NCBI GenBank assembly: GCA_032718475.1
Contig: JAUCBJ010007486.1
Location: forward strand, 62,001-126,000
Source of the DNA: Nemertoderma westbladi
Taxonomy: Eukaryota; Animalia; Xenacoelomorpha
DNA length: 64,000 nt
Reading direction: 5' to 3'
Shown: piece after piece, positions 1 through 11,200 of the stretch
Position numbering within the stretch: the stretch's first letter is position 1
Layout: the number at the start of each line of letters is the position of its first letter
The notes under the pieces: model-generated
Seen by the model: the letters and a program-made list of their open reading frames with translations, nothing else
What the model was told of the DNA's origin: nothing
Database searches by the model: none
Position numbers and translations under genes: made by a program

Positions 1-56
1 ACTAGATAGGTGGAGGGTTTTCCCTATTGCTATGCTGTACTGAAATTACACTGTAC

Positions 57-2216
57 AACACAAAAAGTTTCAGTTCGCCAAACAACGCATCCAATTCGCT
101 GGTTTTATACTTTCCAGCGCCGGAGTAGAGGCCGATCCGGAGAAAATCCGCGCAATTGTTGAATATAACAGAGTTGAGAAGCTTCATGGGTCTCACCAAC
201 CAGCTGGGATGTTTCTCCTCAGCCGCAATTCCTCTGCATGAATTATTGCGCACTAGAAATAGTTTCACCTGGGCAACCATGCAGGATAATGCATTTAAAG
301 AGGTTAAGCTCTCGTTAACGAGTCCCCCTGTCTTAGCCCCATTTGAACTCCAGGCCGAAACGCGCCTTGAAACAGACGCCAGTCGGTACAAGGTCTGGGT
401 TTTAATTTAATGCAAAAACAACAAAATGAATGGAAATTAATCATGTGTGGTAGTCGATTTTTAATGAGTGTGGAAAGTCGATATGCAACTATAGAACTCG
501 AAACCATTGCAATAAAGTTTGGTTTGGAGAAATGCCGCATATATCTGGCTGGCATTGAACCTTTTAAAGTAATTACTGACCACCGCCCACTCGTTTCTAT
601 TTTTAACAAACATACACTGGGTCAAGTTGAGAATAACAAAATACAGCGTATAAATGCTGAGTTGCAGTCAAATTATCAATTTGATGTAGAATGGCGGCAA
701 GGTGAGAAAAATCGCATTGCCGACGGTTTAAGCCGTGCCCCAGTTGATAATCCAGAGGATGTAATCGAGGATGAGATGGATAACACCTCAACTTTGGCTG
801 CAATTTCCTCTGCATTACAACCCCATCAAAATAGTACGCAAACTATTACCTTACAGTGTGACTCGCCCCATATCCCTTCTACTGATGACCCTGTCATAGA
901 AGAGATCCAGGATGCAGCATTAGTGGACCCTGACTACCAATCCCTTGTGTGTGAAATTCTTCAGGGACCTACAAATAAAAATACTGTGTCCAGCGTGACA
1001 CAACAGTGTAAATCTATTATCCACGAAATGTCCGTCGAAAATGGACTGGTTCTATTTGGTGTACAATTAGTCATCCCGAAATCAAAACGAACCTCGTTCT
1101 AGAACGTTTACACGCCCCACATCAGGGTATAGTACGTACCAAACAACGAGCTCGCGAAGTCATTTTTTGGCCCGGGATAAATAAGGACATTGCCAAACTC
1201 GTTGGAGGCTGCGAGCAATGCCAACAGCGCCAACGCAGCCTACCTAAGGAGAAACTAATAACGGACCTTCCCCCAGACAGACCATTTCAGTGGGTATCTG
1301 CGGATTTATTCACTACTGCTGGACGCAAATACTTGGTTTATACAGATATGTTGTCAGGCTACCCTGTAGTTGCCCAATGGCGAAACGACCCCTCTTCACG
1401 GCAGGTCGCCGCTGTTGTCCATCATTTCTTTGCCGACTTCGGAGTTCCAACTCACATGCGGACAGACAACGGACCACAAACTTTCTAGAACACTGGGGAG
1501 TAAAATGGGCACCAAGTAGTCCCCATTTTCCTTCCAGTAATGGCCACGCGGAATGTAACGTTAACATAATAAAATCTATGCTAGCGAAGTTGCCCACACA
1601 GGATATTACTTCCGAGAACTTCCAGGAAGCTATTCTAGAATTACGCAATACCCCGCGTTTCGACGGCCGTTCTCCCAATGAGATTGTGTTCGGTCACAAT
1701 CTACAGTCACGAGTGCCAGCTCACCATACTACTTACGATCCTAAATGGTGCGATGCTGCTGAAGAAGCAGACAACAAACACAGCATTATTCGTGAGAAGG
1801 CGATAGACCACTATAATAGCACTGCGCGAAACCTAAAACCATGCACTGCGCGAAACCTAAAACCATTGCCCGTTGATACCAAAGTGCGCCTACAAAACGC
1901 CCGCACCAGACATTGGTACCGCACTGGAATTATTACCAGCCGGCAAGGAGCGCGTGACTATTGGATAAAACTCCCATCTGGGCACACAATGCGGAGAAAC
2001 CGACGTTTCATACGACAATTCAACGAGCCGCTAGAACTTGGAAACGACTCGCAAACCGGTGACTTCAAAACTAAAAGTATATCTGATACAATCGTTGAAA
2101 CTGAAGCAAATAATAACCACTCAGAAGAAACTGAAAGAAATTTACTACGCCGCAGTATACGCTCACGTAAACCCATTGTGCGATTCGATGAACGGGTTTA
2201 CGAAACAAGATTTTAA
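57..2216 (+). pseudogene. Gypsy/Ty3-type LTR retrotransposon pol remnant (RT C-terminus, RNase H, integrase), frameshifted
   Basis: Across frames: RT end (KKFQF..QFAGF..G..DPEKIRAI; LRSFMGLTN), RNase H (ETDAS, YATIELE, TDHRPL, N.IADGLSR), integrase HHCC finger (H..HQG...CEQC) and DDE motifs (ADLF, TDNGP, SNGHAE), C-terminal G...RRNRRFIR. Domain order RT-RH-INT. Several frameshifts. Confidence 0.9.
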
Positions 2217-2236
2217 ATTGAAAAACATTAAAAATC

Positions 2237-2378
2237 TAAAAGGGGGAGTTCATATGTACTGATATGTACAATATACATGGCTCGCCCCTTATAGGACTAG
2301 GTACCTAAGATACCGGTACCACTATAGATAGGTGGAGGGTTTTCCCTATTGCTATGCTGTACTGATATTACACTGTAC
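2237..2378 (+). mobile_element. Polypurine tract and probable 3' LTR remnant of the Gypsy fragment
   Basis: AAAAGGGGGAG ~20 bp after the integrase stop; 2321-2378 is a near-exact direct repeat of window positions 1-56. Confidence 0.55.
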
Positions 2379-2972
2379 TGCTGTACTACACTTTTATATT
2401 ATATGTGTCTGCCTTATATACAGTCCCAATCCCAATAAACATTAACTTGGTTATTTTGGCGGCCAAAATTACCAAAATGGCCAAGTAAAAACTGCGGTAT
2501 TCATGAAAGGAACTGCTGGGGCACGTTGGCTTGTCAATCACAGCCAGTGAATACAGGCTGAGTGTAAGTAAAGCCCAGCATATTGGCGCTGAGGTAGAGT
2601 TCTGAGGTAGAGTTCTCTCCACCTTTACGTGAGAAAGGCTCCAGTGTAGTAATGGCTGGACTCGCCACTGTAGTAAACATGCCTGTAAGAGTGCAGTGTG
2701 AGGCGCCCTAACTTATTATTTTCTACATATTTTTTACTAATCTAATAATTAACACACCTATACCTGCCACTTAGGTTATAAGCAGTGTGCTAGCACTTGC
2801 AGCGTAATAATTAATTATTTACTTTAATTCTATTCGATTGGTAATAAAAATAACAAGTTCATATATTTAATTTGTAAAAATTCTTTAAAATATGAGAAAA
2901 GTACTTTACATAGATTTTTCTTTATTTAGCTGTTTAGTACGCTATAATATAAATGCTCTCATAAATACAGTT

Positions 2973-3246
2973 AGGGGGGGAGGGGGGGGGGGGACTGGAC
3001 GCAATAAAAATTCATCACTCTCCAGGGGAAATTTGACGCAAATAACAGATGATTACTCTCAAAAATAAAATTGTTCATTTAAACTGTTAAAACTGTTCAA
3101 AATGTTCATTTATGTTTAATTTATTGTTTTGGTTAAAATAACGTGCCACTATAACCTGCTCCTTTCCCTAAATTGAGAATTTAACATTGAGGCGGGATAT
3201 TAATTCGCCAAGGCGAGTTTTGCGTCCAGTCCCCCCCCCCCCCCCT
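2973..3246. mobile_element. Small MITE-like element with poly-G/poly-C termini
   Basis: (G)n-GACTGGACGCAA at the left and TTGCGTCCAGTC-(C)n at the right; no clear TSD. Confidence 0.55.
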
Positions 3247-4230
3247 GTCTCGATAAATAATAATTACATCATCATAAATTCACCCAAATATGCCGACTCT
3301 GTTGACTGTTAGCACAGAGCCAGAGCCTGATATTATAATGTTTTCAGTTACTATCGCCCTCGAATTCAGACCCAGCTACTAGAAATAGGCCACGCCGTCT
3401 AATCTGAATTTCATCAGTATACCGAACTCGTTCGAGACTGAGTGTCGCTATTTAATAGCTACCTCTCGCCCTGTCACAGACCCAGCTTCTAACTATAAAA
3501 CTATAATTAGGACGCCTTCATACAGAACACGTTACCATTTAATAATGACTCTAAACTGAAGCTACACAAAGGAAAAGGTGAGAAGTGATTATCTAATGAT
3601 AACACACAAAATCCGATTATTATACATACTCCTCCTTTTAACAAAGCCGCATTCAACTAACTCCCTTATTACGTATTAGCCTGTGCTGTATCAATGCCTC
3701 AGTGGGTGGTCTTTACTACAACTGAAAGGCCCGACTCAGCTCCAGGTAAGTTAACAATCTGTCAATAATAAAAATGAAAGCGAGCCGACATTTAGTCAGA
3801 GCAACCAAATGGATGTCCAAGGAGACGGGCTGTCTGGACTTGACTGAGTCGAGTTACATCGCTTCGCCAAAACGACCAAGTACAGTCCCAATCCCAATAA
3901 ACATTAACTTGGTCGTTTTGGTGGCCAAAATGACCAAAATCACCAAAAAAAATGCAGTGTACTGTATTCCTATGGGCTACTTGGTCGTTTTGGCGAAGCG
4001 ATTTAACTCGAATCAGCTCAATCCAGACATTCAGTCTCCTTGGCCATCCATTTGGTGGATCTGACTAAATGTCGGCTCGCTTTCATTTTTATTATTGACA
4101 GATTGTTAACTTACCCGGCGCTGAGCCTTGCAGTACTGGAGTCCGCCCACTGAGGCATTGATAGAGTAGACAGTCTTATAAAAGGAGTTGAATGGGGCTT
4201 CGTTAAAGGAGGAGTATGTATAATAATCTG

Positions 4231-4395
4231 AACGTCCCGAAATTAATTTATGGACGTCCCGAAATTAACTTATGGACGTCCTGAAATTAATTTATGGACG
4301 TCCCAAAACTAATCTATCAACCAATCAGAATCGTAATGAAATAACTAATTAATGGACGTCCATAAATTAATTTCGGGATGTTAATTTCGGAAATT
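4231..4395. repeat. Short 22-bp tandem (AATTAATTTATGGACGTCCCGA) with an inverted copy
   Basis: 3-4 direct units at 4231-4310, inverted unit near 4355-4380. Confidence 0.6.
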
Positions 4396-4459
4396 AATTT
4401 CAATAATATTTTTTTTAATAATAAAATTTTTTTTTTATATTTTTTTACAATGTATAATT

Positions 4460-4892
4460 CGCGGACACTGCGGGGTGACTACAAAACAAAGACCCAATTA
4501 TAATGACCTACATAATCTTGTTACATGTGTTAACTTTCGTTAATTGTTTTGAATCCCCCGTCACGCCTCTGTAACTTGCTCCTTTACTAACCTGCTCCTT
4601 TAAATAGCAATGGTACATAACGCTCATTGTGACCTGTACAAAATAAAGAGGTAAAGTCGCGTTACGTTCCAAAGAGCGTTAGGTTCCAAAGAGCTTTAGG
4701 TCCCATTGCCAGAGAGCGTGAGGTCACATTGCCATTTAAAGGAGCAGGTTAGTAAAGTAGCAGGTTACAGAGGCGTGTTGGGGAACCAAAACAATAAACG
4801 AAAGTTAACACATGTGTTTTGTATTTGTATAGGTCTTTATTATTTGGATCGTTGGTCTTTGTTTTGTAGTCACCCGACACTGCGGTGTTGCG
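4460..4892. repeat. Imperfect palindromic (foldback-like) segment with ~150-bp arms
   Basis: GGGTGACTACAAAACAAAGACC / GGTCTTTGTTTTGTAGTCACCC and CTTTACTAACCTGCTCCTTTAAAT / ATTTAAAGGAGCAGGTTAGTAAAG pair as inverted arms. Confidence 0.65.
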
Positions 4893-6272
4893 TGGGGGCC
4901 ACCAATCCACCCACCCACACTCAACTCCCAACTTCCTGGACACTAGGATACTGAGTGAAAGCGTCTGAAACTACTACAGGAACTCCATGACAGACTATGG
5001 GCTAGCGACTAGGGACTGGCGCCCTTGAACATGTAAACTGTAGTACCTACTATACCACCTACCTTAAAGTGACCTGTGGGACCAGCCCATTATTAGTGAG
5101 GTCGGCATTTCTCTTTATCCTGCCGCTCTCTTTGTATTACAATAGCATACAGCTAACCAATGGCAATGGTCTACCCCCAGTGAGGATTTCTATCTGCCAT
5201 CATCCTGGGCTTTACTTACACTCAGCCTCTATTCACTGGCTGTGATTGACAAGCCAACTTGCCTCAGAAGTTCCTTTCATGAATGCCGCAATTTATATTT
5301 GGCCATTTTGGTCGTTTTGGCCGCCAAAATGACCAAGTTAATGTTTATTGGGATTGGGACTGTAGCCCATAGGAATACACTACATTTTTTTTAGCGATTT
5401 TGGTCATTTTGGCCGCCAAAACGACCAAGTTAATGTTTATTGGGATTGGGACTGTACTATTGATATTCATATTATTGGGGATATTCTGATAGTGCAGACA
5501 TACCAATAGCATCGTAAAAGTGAATAAAAATGTTGTGTTCAAACAGAAAAGTGCTGGTTACTTGCTTTTTCATTTTTTTTTGCCTACGTAGAGGACTCAA
5601 ACAGCCATTTAAAGTAATCAGATCTATTTTCCTATGGATTTAGTGCCCCTGAAAACCTGTATTGAATAAAGATTAGCTGAAAATTGTAACTGTGAAATTT
5701 TTTGAAAGTTGTCCACTACTAGAAATTTTCGTGCTGCAAAATAACCATCCCGGTCAATTTTTCTAAATTTTTTTTCTTTCCGATTCAGACTAGTGAAATC
5801 TACTTACAAACAAAAAATCAGACGTTTTCGTTACAATTTGTAGATTTTAGAGGGGGGCGGGGGGGTCAATATTACCCCCCCCCCCCCCCCCCCCGGGTAA
5901 ATGTACAACATTACAACATTATATAGCCCGATACAAATGCTAATGCTGTCCCAATGCCGTTTCCATCATTGTTTCATTGTTGGATGCTGTCTATGGTTTT
6001 GTCGTTGTGTCTTGGAACTTCTGGATTCAGGCTGATTCGTTTCCATTGATTTACTCTGCTGTGTTTGTTTTCTCCCTGTGAGCCTTCCATCCCCTGATGG
6101 CTGATTTGAGTATCTTATGCTACCAGCTCCCGCCATATAAGAGAAACATCAATCCTTTATTTTCGCTAACGCCCGCCAACCACACCATGAAACTGTCGAC
6201 TGGGACTTTCCCCACAGTGGAAACCCTGAGAGAGACTGGCAGGACAAACGACACCATGGTGTGTTAACTACC

Positions 6273-7991
6273 GGTTGTGTACAAAACACAGACCCAAGAC
6301 CCCAGACCCCCAGGTACAAAACACAGACCCCCCCAGGTACAAAACACAGACCCCCCCAGGTACAAAACACAGACCCCCCCCAGGTACAAAACACAGACCC
6401 CCCCAGGTACAAAACACAGACCCCCCCCCAGGTACAAAACACAGACCCCCCCAGGTACAAAACACAGACCCCCCCAGGTACAAAACACAGACCCCCCCCC
6501 CCCCCAGGTACAAAACACAGACCCCCCAGGTACAAAACACAGACCCCCCCAGGTACAAAACACAGACCCCCCAGGCTGCCAGGTACAAAACACAGACCCC
6601 CCCAGGTACAAAACACAGACCCCCCCCAGGTACAAAACACAGACCCCACAGAGGGGGGGGGGGGGGGGGTGTGTGTCTGGGTGTAACTCTTGACACTGCC
6701 TGACTACCTACCGTACAGTACAGCCGTGAGCTGGCATTGTTAGTGGTTAGTTAGTACACACACTTCAGTCAGTACAGTAGGCCTACGAGCCTAAGATTTT
6801 TTTATAAAAGATTTACATTAAATCAGTAAATAGGTATGACCTACAATTGCGCGGTGTAATTCATTTCATATTTAAGCATGTTCAATCAAGCTAATACTAT
6901 AGGTAGTATGCTTTCATTTAATTTAATCGTACACCCACCGAGATGGGGAACTAAACTATGCTTACTATGCTATGCACACTCAGACACCTAGGCGTACTGT
7001 ATAATGTAGTAATATCATCACTAATAATGATTTACAACTGTACAATTAAATGCCAAGAATGCCAAAGTGCCTTTAGGGAACTCTTAAGGATTTATACTAC
7101 AGTTCCCAAAAAGCACTCTGACATTTTGGCATTTACGCTGGTTGCAATTATTTAGGTACCTGGAAAAAATGCCAAAGTGCCTTTTGGGAACTATTCGTGT
7201 GACTTAGCCACACGTGCTATATGCTACAGTGCTATGGCTGTATAGCGTATACTGGTATAGGCCTAGCACAGTTCCAATCCTTATCCTGTTATCTGGTTAT
7301 CGTCGCTGTTGACTGGTTGACAGGTTGAAGACTGAAAACATAACTACCGGTTGCCGCTACTGGCAGACTGGTAGTACCCGACCCGGTACCGACCCGGAAA
7401 AGTGTCAACCTGATTACAGGATTATTAGGTCTGTAGGGCCTACTGCTGTAGTACTACTGCACTGACTGAAGTGTGTGTACTAACTCAGTAACTAACCACT
7501 AACAATGCCAGCTCACGGCTGTACTGTACGGTAGGTAGTCAGGCAGTGTCAAGAGTTACACCCAGACACACCCCCCCCCCCCCTCTGTGGGGTCTGTGTT
7601 TTGTACCTGGTGCCTGGGGGGGGGGTCTGTGTTTTGTACCTGGTGCCTGGGGGGGGTCTGTGTTTTGTACCTGGGGGGTCTGTGTTTTGTACCTGGCAGC
7701 CTGGGGGGTCTGTGTTTTGTACCTGGGGGGGTCTGTGTTTTGTACCTGGGGGGGTCTGTGTTTTGTACCTGGGGGGTCTGTGTTTTGTACCTGGGAGGGT
7801 CTGTGTTTTGTACCTGGGGGGGTCTGTGTTTTGTACCTGGGGGGGTCTGTGTTTTGTACCTGGGGGGTCTGTGTTTTGTACCTGGGGGGGTCTGTGTTTT
7901 GTACCTGGGGGGGTCTGTGTTTTGTACCTGGGGGGGTCTGTGTTTTGTACCTGGGGGTCTGGGGTCTTGGGTCCGTGTTTTGTACACAACC
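6273..7991. mobile_element. Foldback/MULE-like non-autonomous transposon with ~0.5-kb TIRs built of a ~23-bp minisatellite
   Basis: Termini GGTTGTGTACAAAACAC / GTGTTTTGTACACAACC; exact 10-bp TSD GTTAACTACC (6263-6272, 7992-8001); arms of (GGTACAAAACACAGA(C)nA)n followed by ~130 bp of unique inverted sequence. Confidence 0.9.
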
Positions 7992-8048
7992 GTTAACTAC
8001 CCAGTAATTGAAGAAATTGAATCAGTTAAGCGGATAAAATCCGCTAAC

Positions 8049-8133
8049 ATGTATAATATGTTTAATTATAGGCCTACTATAGTAATAATAATTGTATTGC
8101 TATTAATCGGTGTAAATTGTGGGTTGGGATACC
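8049..8133 (+). CDS. Candidate first (signal-peptide) exon of a secreted/surface protein
   Basis: MYNMFNYRPTIVIIIVLLLIGVNCG: basic residue, hydrophobic core, small residues at -3/-1. Splice donor and phase are ambiguous. Confidence 0.3.
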
Positions 8134-8226
8134 GGTAAAAGATTTGGTTTCTATTTAGTTACCTAATTAAAATTATATTAAATGAAATGGATTATCGGTA
8201 ATAAGAATATTGTGGTGCAAGTTCAG

Positions 8227-11200
8227 TTATTGTTGGAAGCACTGCTAGAGAATGACATTGTGGGCAGACGAGACCGTGGTAGCGTGATTGGGTGGTTGGA
8301 AGCACGGTTAGAGAAGGGCATTGTGGGAATACGAGACCGTGGTAGCGTGATTGGGAGGTTGGAAGCACGGCTAGAGAAGGGCATTGTGGGAATACGAGAC
8401 CGTGGTAGCGTGATTGGGTGGTTGGAAGCACGGCTAGAGAAGGGCATTGTGGGCAGACGAGACCGTGGTGGCGTGATTGGGCGGTTGGAATCATGGCTAG
8501 AGAAGGGCATTGTGGGCAGACGAGACCGTGGTAGCGTGATTGGGTGGTTGGAAGCACGGTTAGAGAAGGGCATTGTGGGAATACGAGACCGTGGTAGCGT
8601 TATTGGGTGGTTGGAAGCACGGCTAGAGAAGGGCGTTGTGGGAATACGAGACCGTGGTAGCGTGATTGGGTGGTTGGAAGCATGGCTAGAGAAGGGCGTT
8701 GTGGGCAGGCGAGACCGTGGTAGCGTGATTGGGTGGTTGGAAGCACGGCTAGAGAAGGGCGTTGTGGGAATACGAGACCGTGGTAGCGTTATTGGGTGGT
8801 TGGAAGCACGGCTAGAGAAGGGCATTGTGGGCAGACGAGACCGTGGTAGCGTGATTGGGTGGTTGGAAGCACGGCTAGAGAAGGGCGTTGTGGGAATACG
8901 AGACCGTGGTAGCGTTATTGGGTGGTTGGAAGCACGGCTAGAGAAGGGCATTGTGGGCAGACGAGACCGTGGTAGCGTGATTGGGTGGTTGGAAGCACGG
9001 TTAGAGAAGGGCATTGTGGGAATACGAGACCGTGGTAGCGTGATTGGGAGGTTGGAAGCACGGCTAGAGAAGGGCATTGTGGGAAGACGAGACCGTGGTA
9101 GCGTGATTGGGTGGTTGGAAGCACGGCTAGAGAAGGGCGTTGTGGGCAGACGAGACCGTGGTAGCGTGATTGGGTGGTTGGAAGCACGGCTAGAGAAGGG
9201 CGTTGTGGGCAGACGAGACCGTGGTAGCGTGATTGGGTGGTTGGAAGCACAGCTAGAGAAGGGCGTTGTGGGCAGACGAGACCGTGGTAGCGTGATTGGG
9301 TGGTTGGAATCATGGCTAGAGAAGGGCATTGTGGGCAGACGAGACCGTGGTAGCGTGATTGGGTGGTTGGAAGCACGGTTAGAGAAGGGCATTGTGGGAA
9401 TACGAGACCGTGGTAGCGTGATTGGGAGGTTGGAAGCACGGCTAGAGAAGGGCATTGTGGGAAGACGAGACCGTGGTAGCGTGATTGGGTGGTTGGAAGC
9501 ACAGCTAGAGAAGGGCGTTGTGGGCAGACGAGACCGTGGTAGCGTGATTGGGTGGTTGGAAGCACGGCTAGAGAAGGGCGTTGTGGGCAGACGAGACCGT
9601 GGTAGCGTGATTGGGTGGTTGGAAGCACGGCTAGAGAAGGGCGTTGTGGGAATACGAGACCGTGGTAGCGTTATTGGGTGGTTGGAAGCACGGCTAGAGA
9701 AGGGCGTTGTGGGAATACGAGACCGTGGTAGCGTGATTGGGTGGTTGGAAGCACGGCTAGAGAAGGGCATTGTGGGAAGACGAGACCGTGGTAGCGTGAT
9801 TGGGAGGTTGGAAGCACGGCTAGAGAAGGGCATTGTGGGAATACGAGACCGTGGTAGCGTGATTGGGAGGTTGGAAGCACGGCTAGAGAAGGGCATTGTG
9901 GGAATACGAGACCGTGGTAGCGTGATTGGGTGGTTGGAAGCACGGCTAGAGAAGGGCATTGTGGGAAGACGAGACCGTGGTAGCGTGATTGGGAGGTTGG
10001 AAGCACGGCTAGAGAAGGGCATTGTGGGAATACGAGACCGTGGTAGCGTGATTGGGAGGTTGGAAGCACGGCTAGAGAAGGGCATTGTGGGAAGACGAGA
10101 CCGTGGTAGCGTGATTGGGAGGTTGGAAGCACGGTTAGAGAAGGGCATTGTGTGAATACGAGACCATGGTAGCGTGATTGGGTGGTTGGAAGCACAGCTA
10201 GAGAAGGGCATTGTGGGAAGACGAGACCGTGGTAGTGTGATTGGGTGGTTGGAATCACGGCTAGAGAAGGGCATTGTGGGAAGACGAGACCGTGGTAGCG
10301 TGATTGGGTGGTTGGAAGCACGGCTAGAGAAGGGCGTTGTGGGAATACGAGACCGTGGTAGCGTGATTGGGTGGTTGGAAGCACAGCTAGAGAAGGGCGT
10401 TGTGGGAATACGAGACCGTGGTAGCGTGATTGGGTAATTGGAAGCACGGCTAGAGAAGGGCATTGTGGGAATACGAGACCGTGGCAGCGTGATTGGGGGG
10501 TTGGAAGCACGGCTAGAGAAGGGCGTTGTGGGCAGACGAGACCGTGGTAGCGTGATTGGGTGGTTGGAAGCACGGCTAGAGAAGGGCGTTGTGGGAATAC
10601 GAGACCGTGGTAGCGTGATTGGGTGGTTGGAAGCACGGCTAGAGAAGGGCATTGTGGGAATACGAGACCGTGATAGCGTGATTGGGTGGTTGGAAGCACG
10701 GCTAGAGAAGGGCATTGTGGGAAGACGAGACCGTGGTAGCGTGATTGGGTGGTTGGAAGCACGGCTAGAGAAGGGCATTGTGGGAATACGAGACCGTGGT
10801 AGCGTGATTGGGTGGTTGGAAGCACGGCTAGAGAAGGGCATTGTGGGAATACGAGACCGTGGTAGCGTGATTGGGTGGTTGGAAGCACGGCTAGAGAAGG
10901 GCGTTGTGGGCAGACGAGACCGTGGTAGCGTGATTGGGTGGTTGGAAGCACGGCTAGAGAAGGGCGTTGTGGGCAGACGAGACCGTGGTAGCGTGATTGG
11001 GTGGTTGGAAGCACAGCTAGAGAAGGGCGTTGTGGGCAGACGAGACCGTGGTAGCGTGATTGGGTGGTTGGAATCATGGCTAGAGAAGGGCATTGTGGGC
11101 AGACGAGACCGTGGTAGCGTGATTGGGTGGTTGGAAGCACGGTTAGAGAAGGGCATTGTGGGAATACGAGACCGTGGTAGCGTGATTGGGAGGTTGGAAG

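Larger units (their letters stand above)
3883..5362. mobile_element. Second copy of the same element, inserted in opposite orientation at a TA in the outer copy
   Basis: Same TIRs at 3883 and ending 5362; TA duplicated (3881-3882 / 5363-5364); 3978-4228 is the inverse of 3615-3882 and ~5205-5362 is the inverse of 2421-2580. Confidence 0.8.
2421..5454. mobile_element. Non-autonomous Tc1/mariner-like DNA element (outer copy; body 2421-3882 plus 5365-5454)
   Basis: ~58-bp TIR CAGTCCCAATCCCAATAAACATTAACTTGG.. at 2421 with its inverse ending at 5454; TA on both flanks (2419-2420, 5455-5456); no transposase ORF. Confidence 0.8.

Noticed and set aside
6149-8138. Multiple overlapping ORFs in the foldback arms
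   Set aside because: Artefacts of a stop-free minisatellite on both strands.
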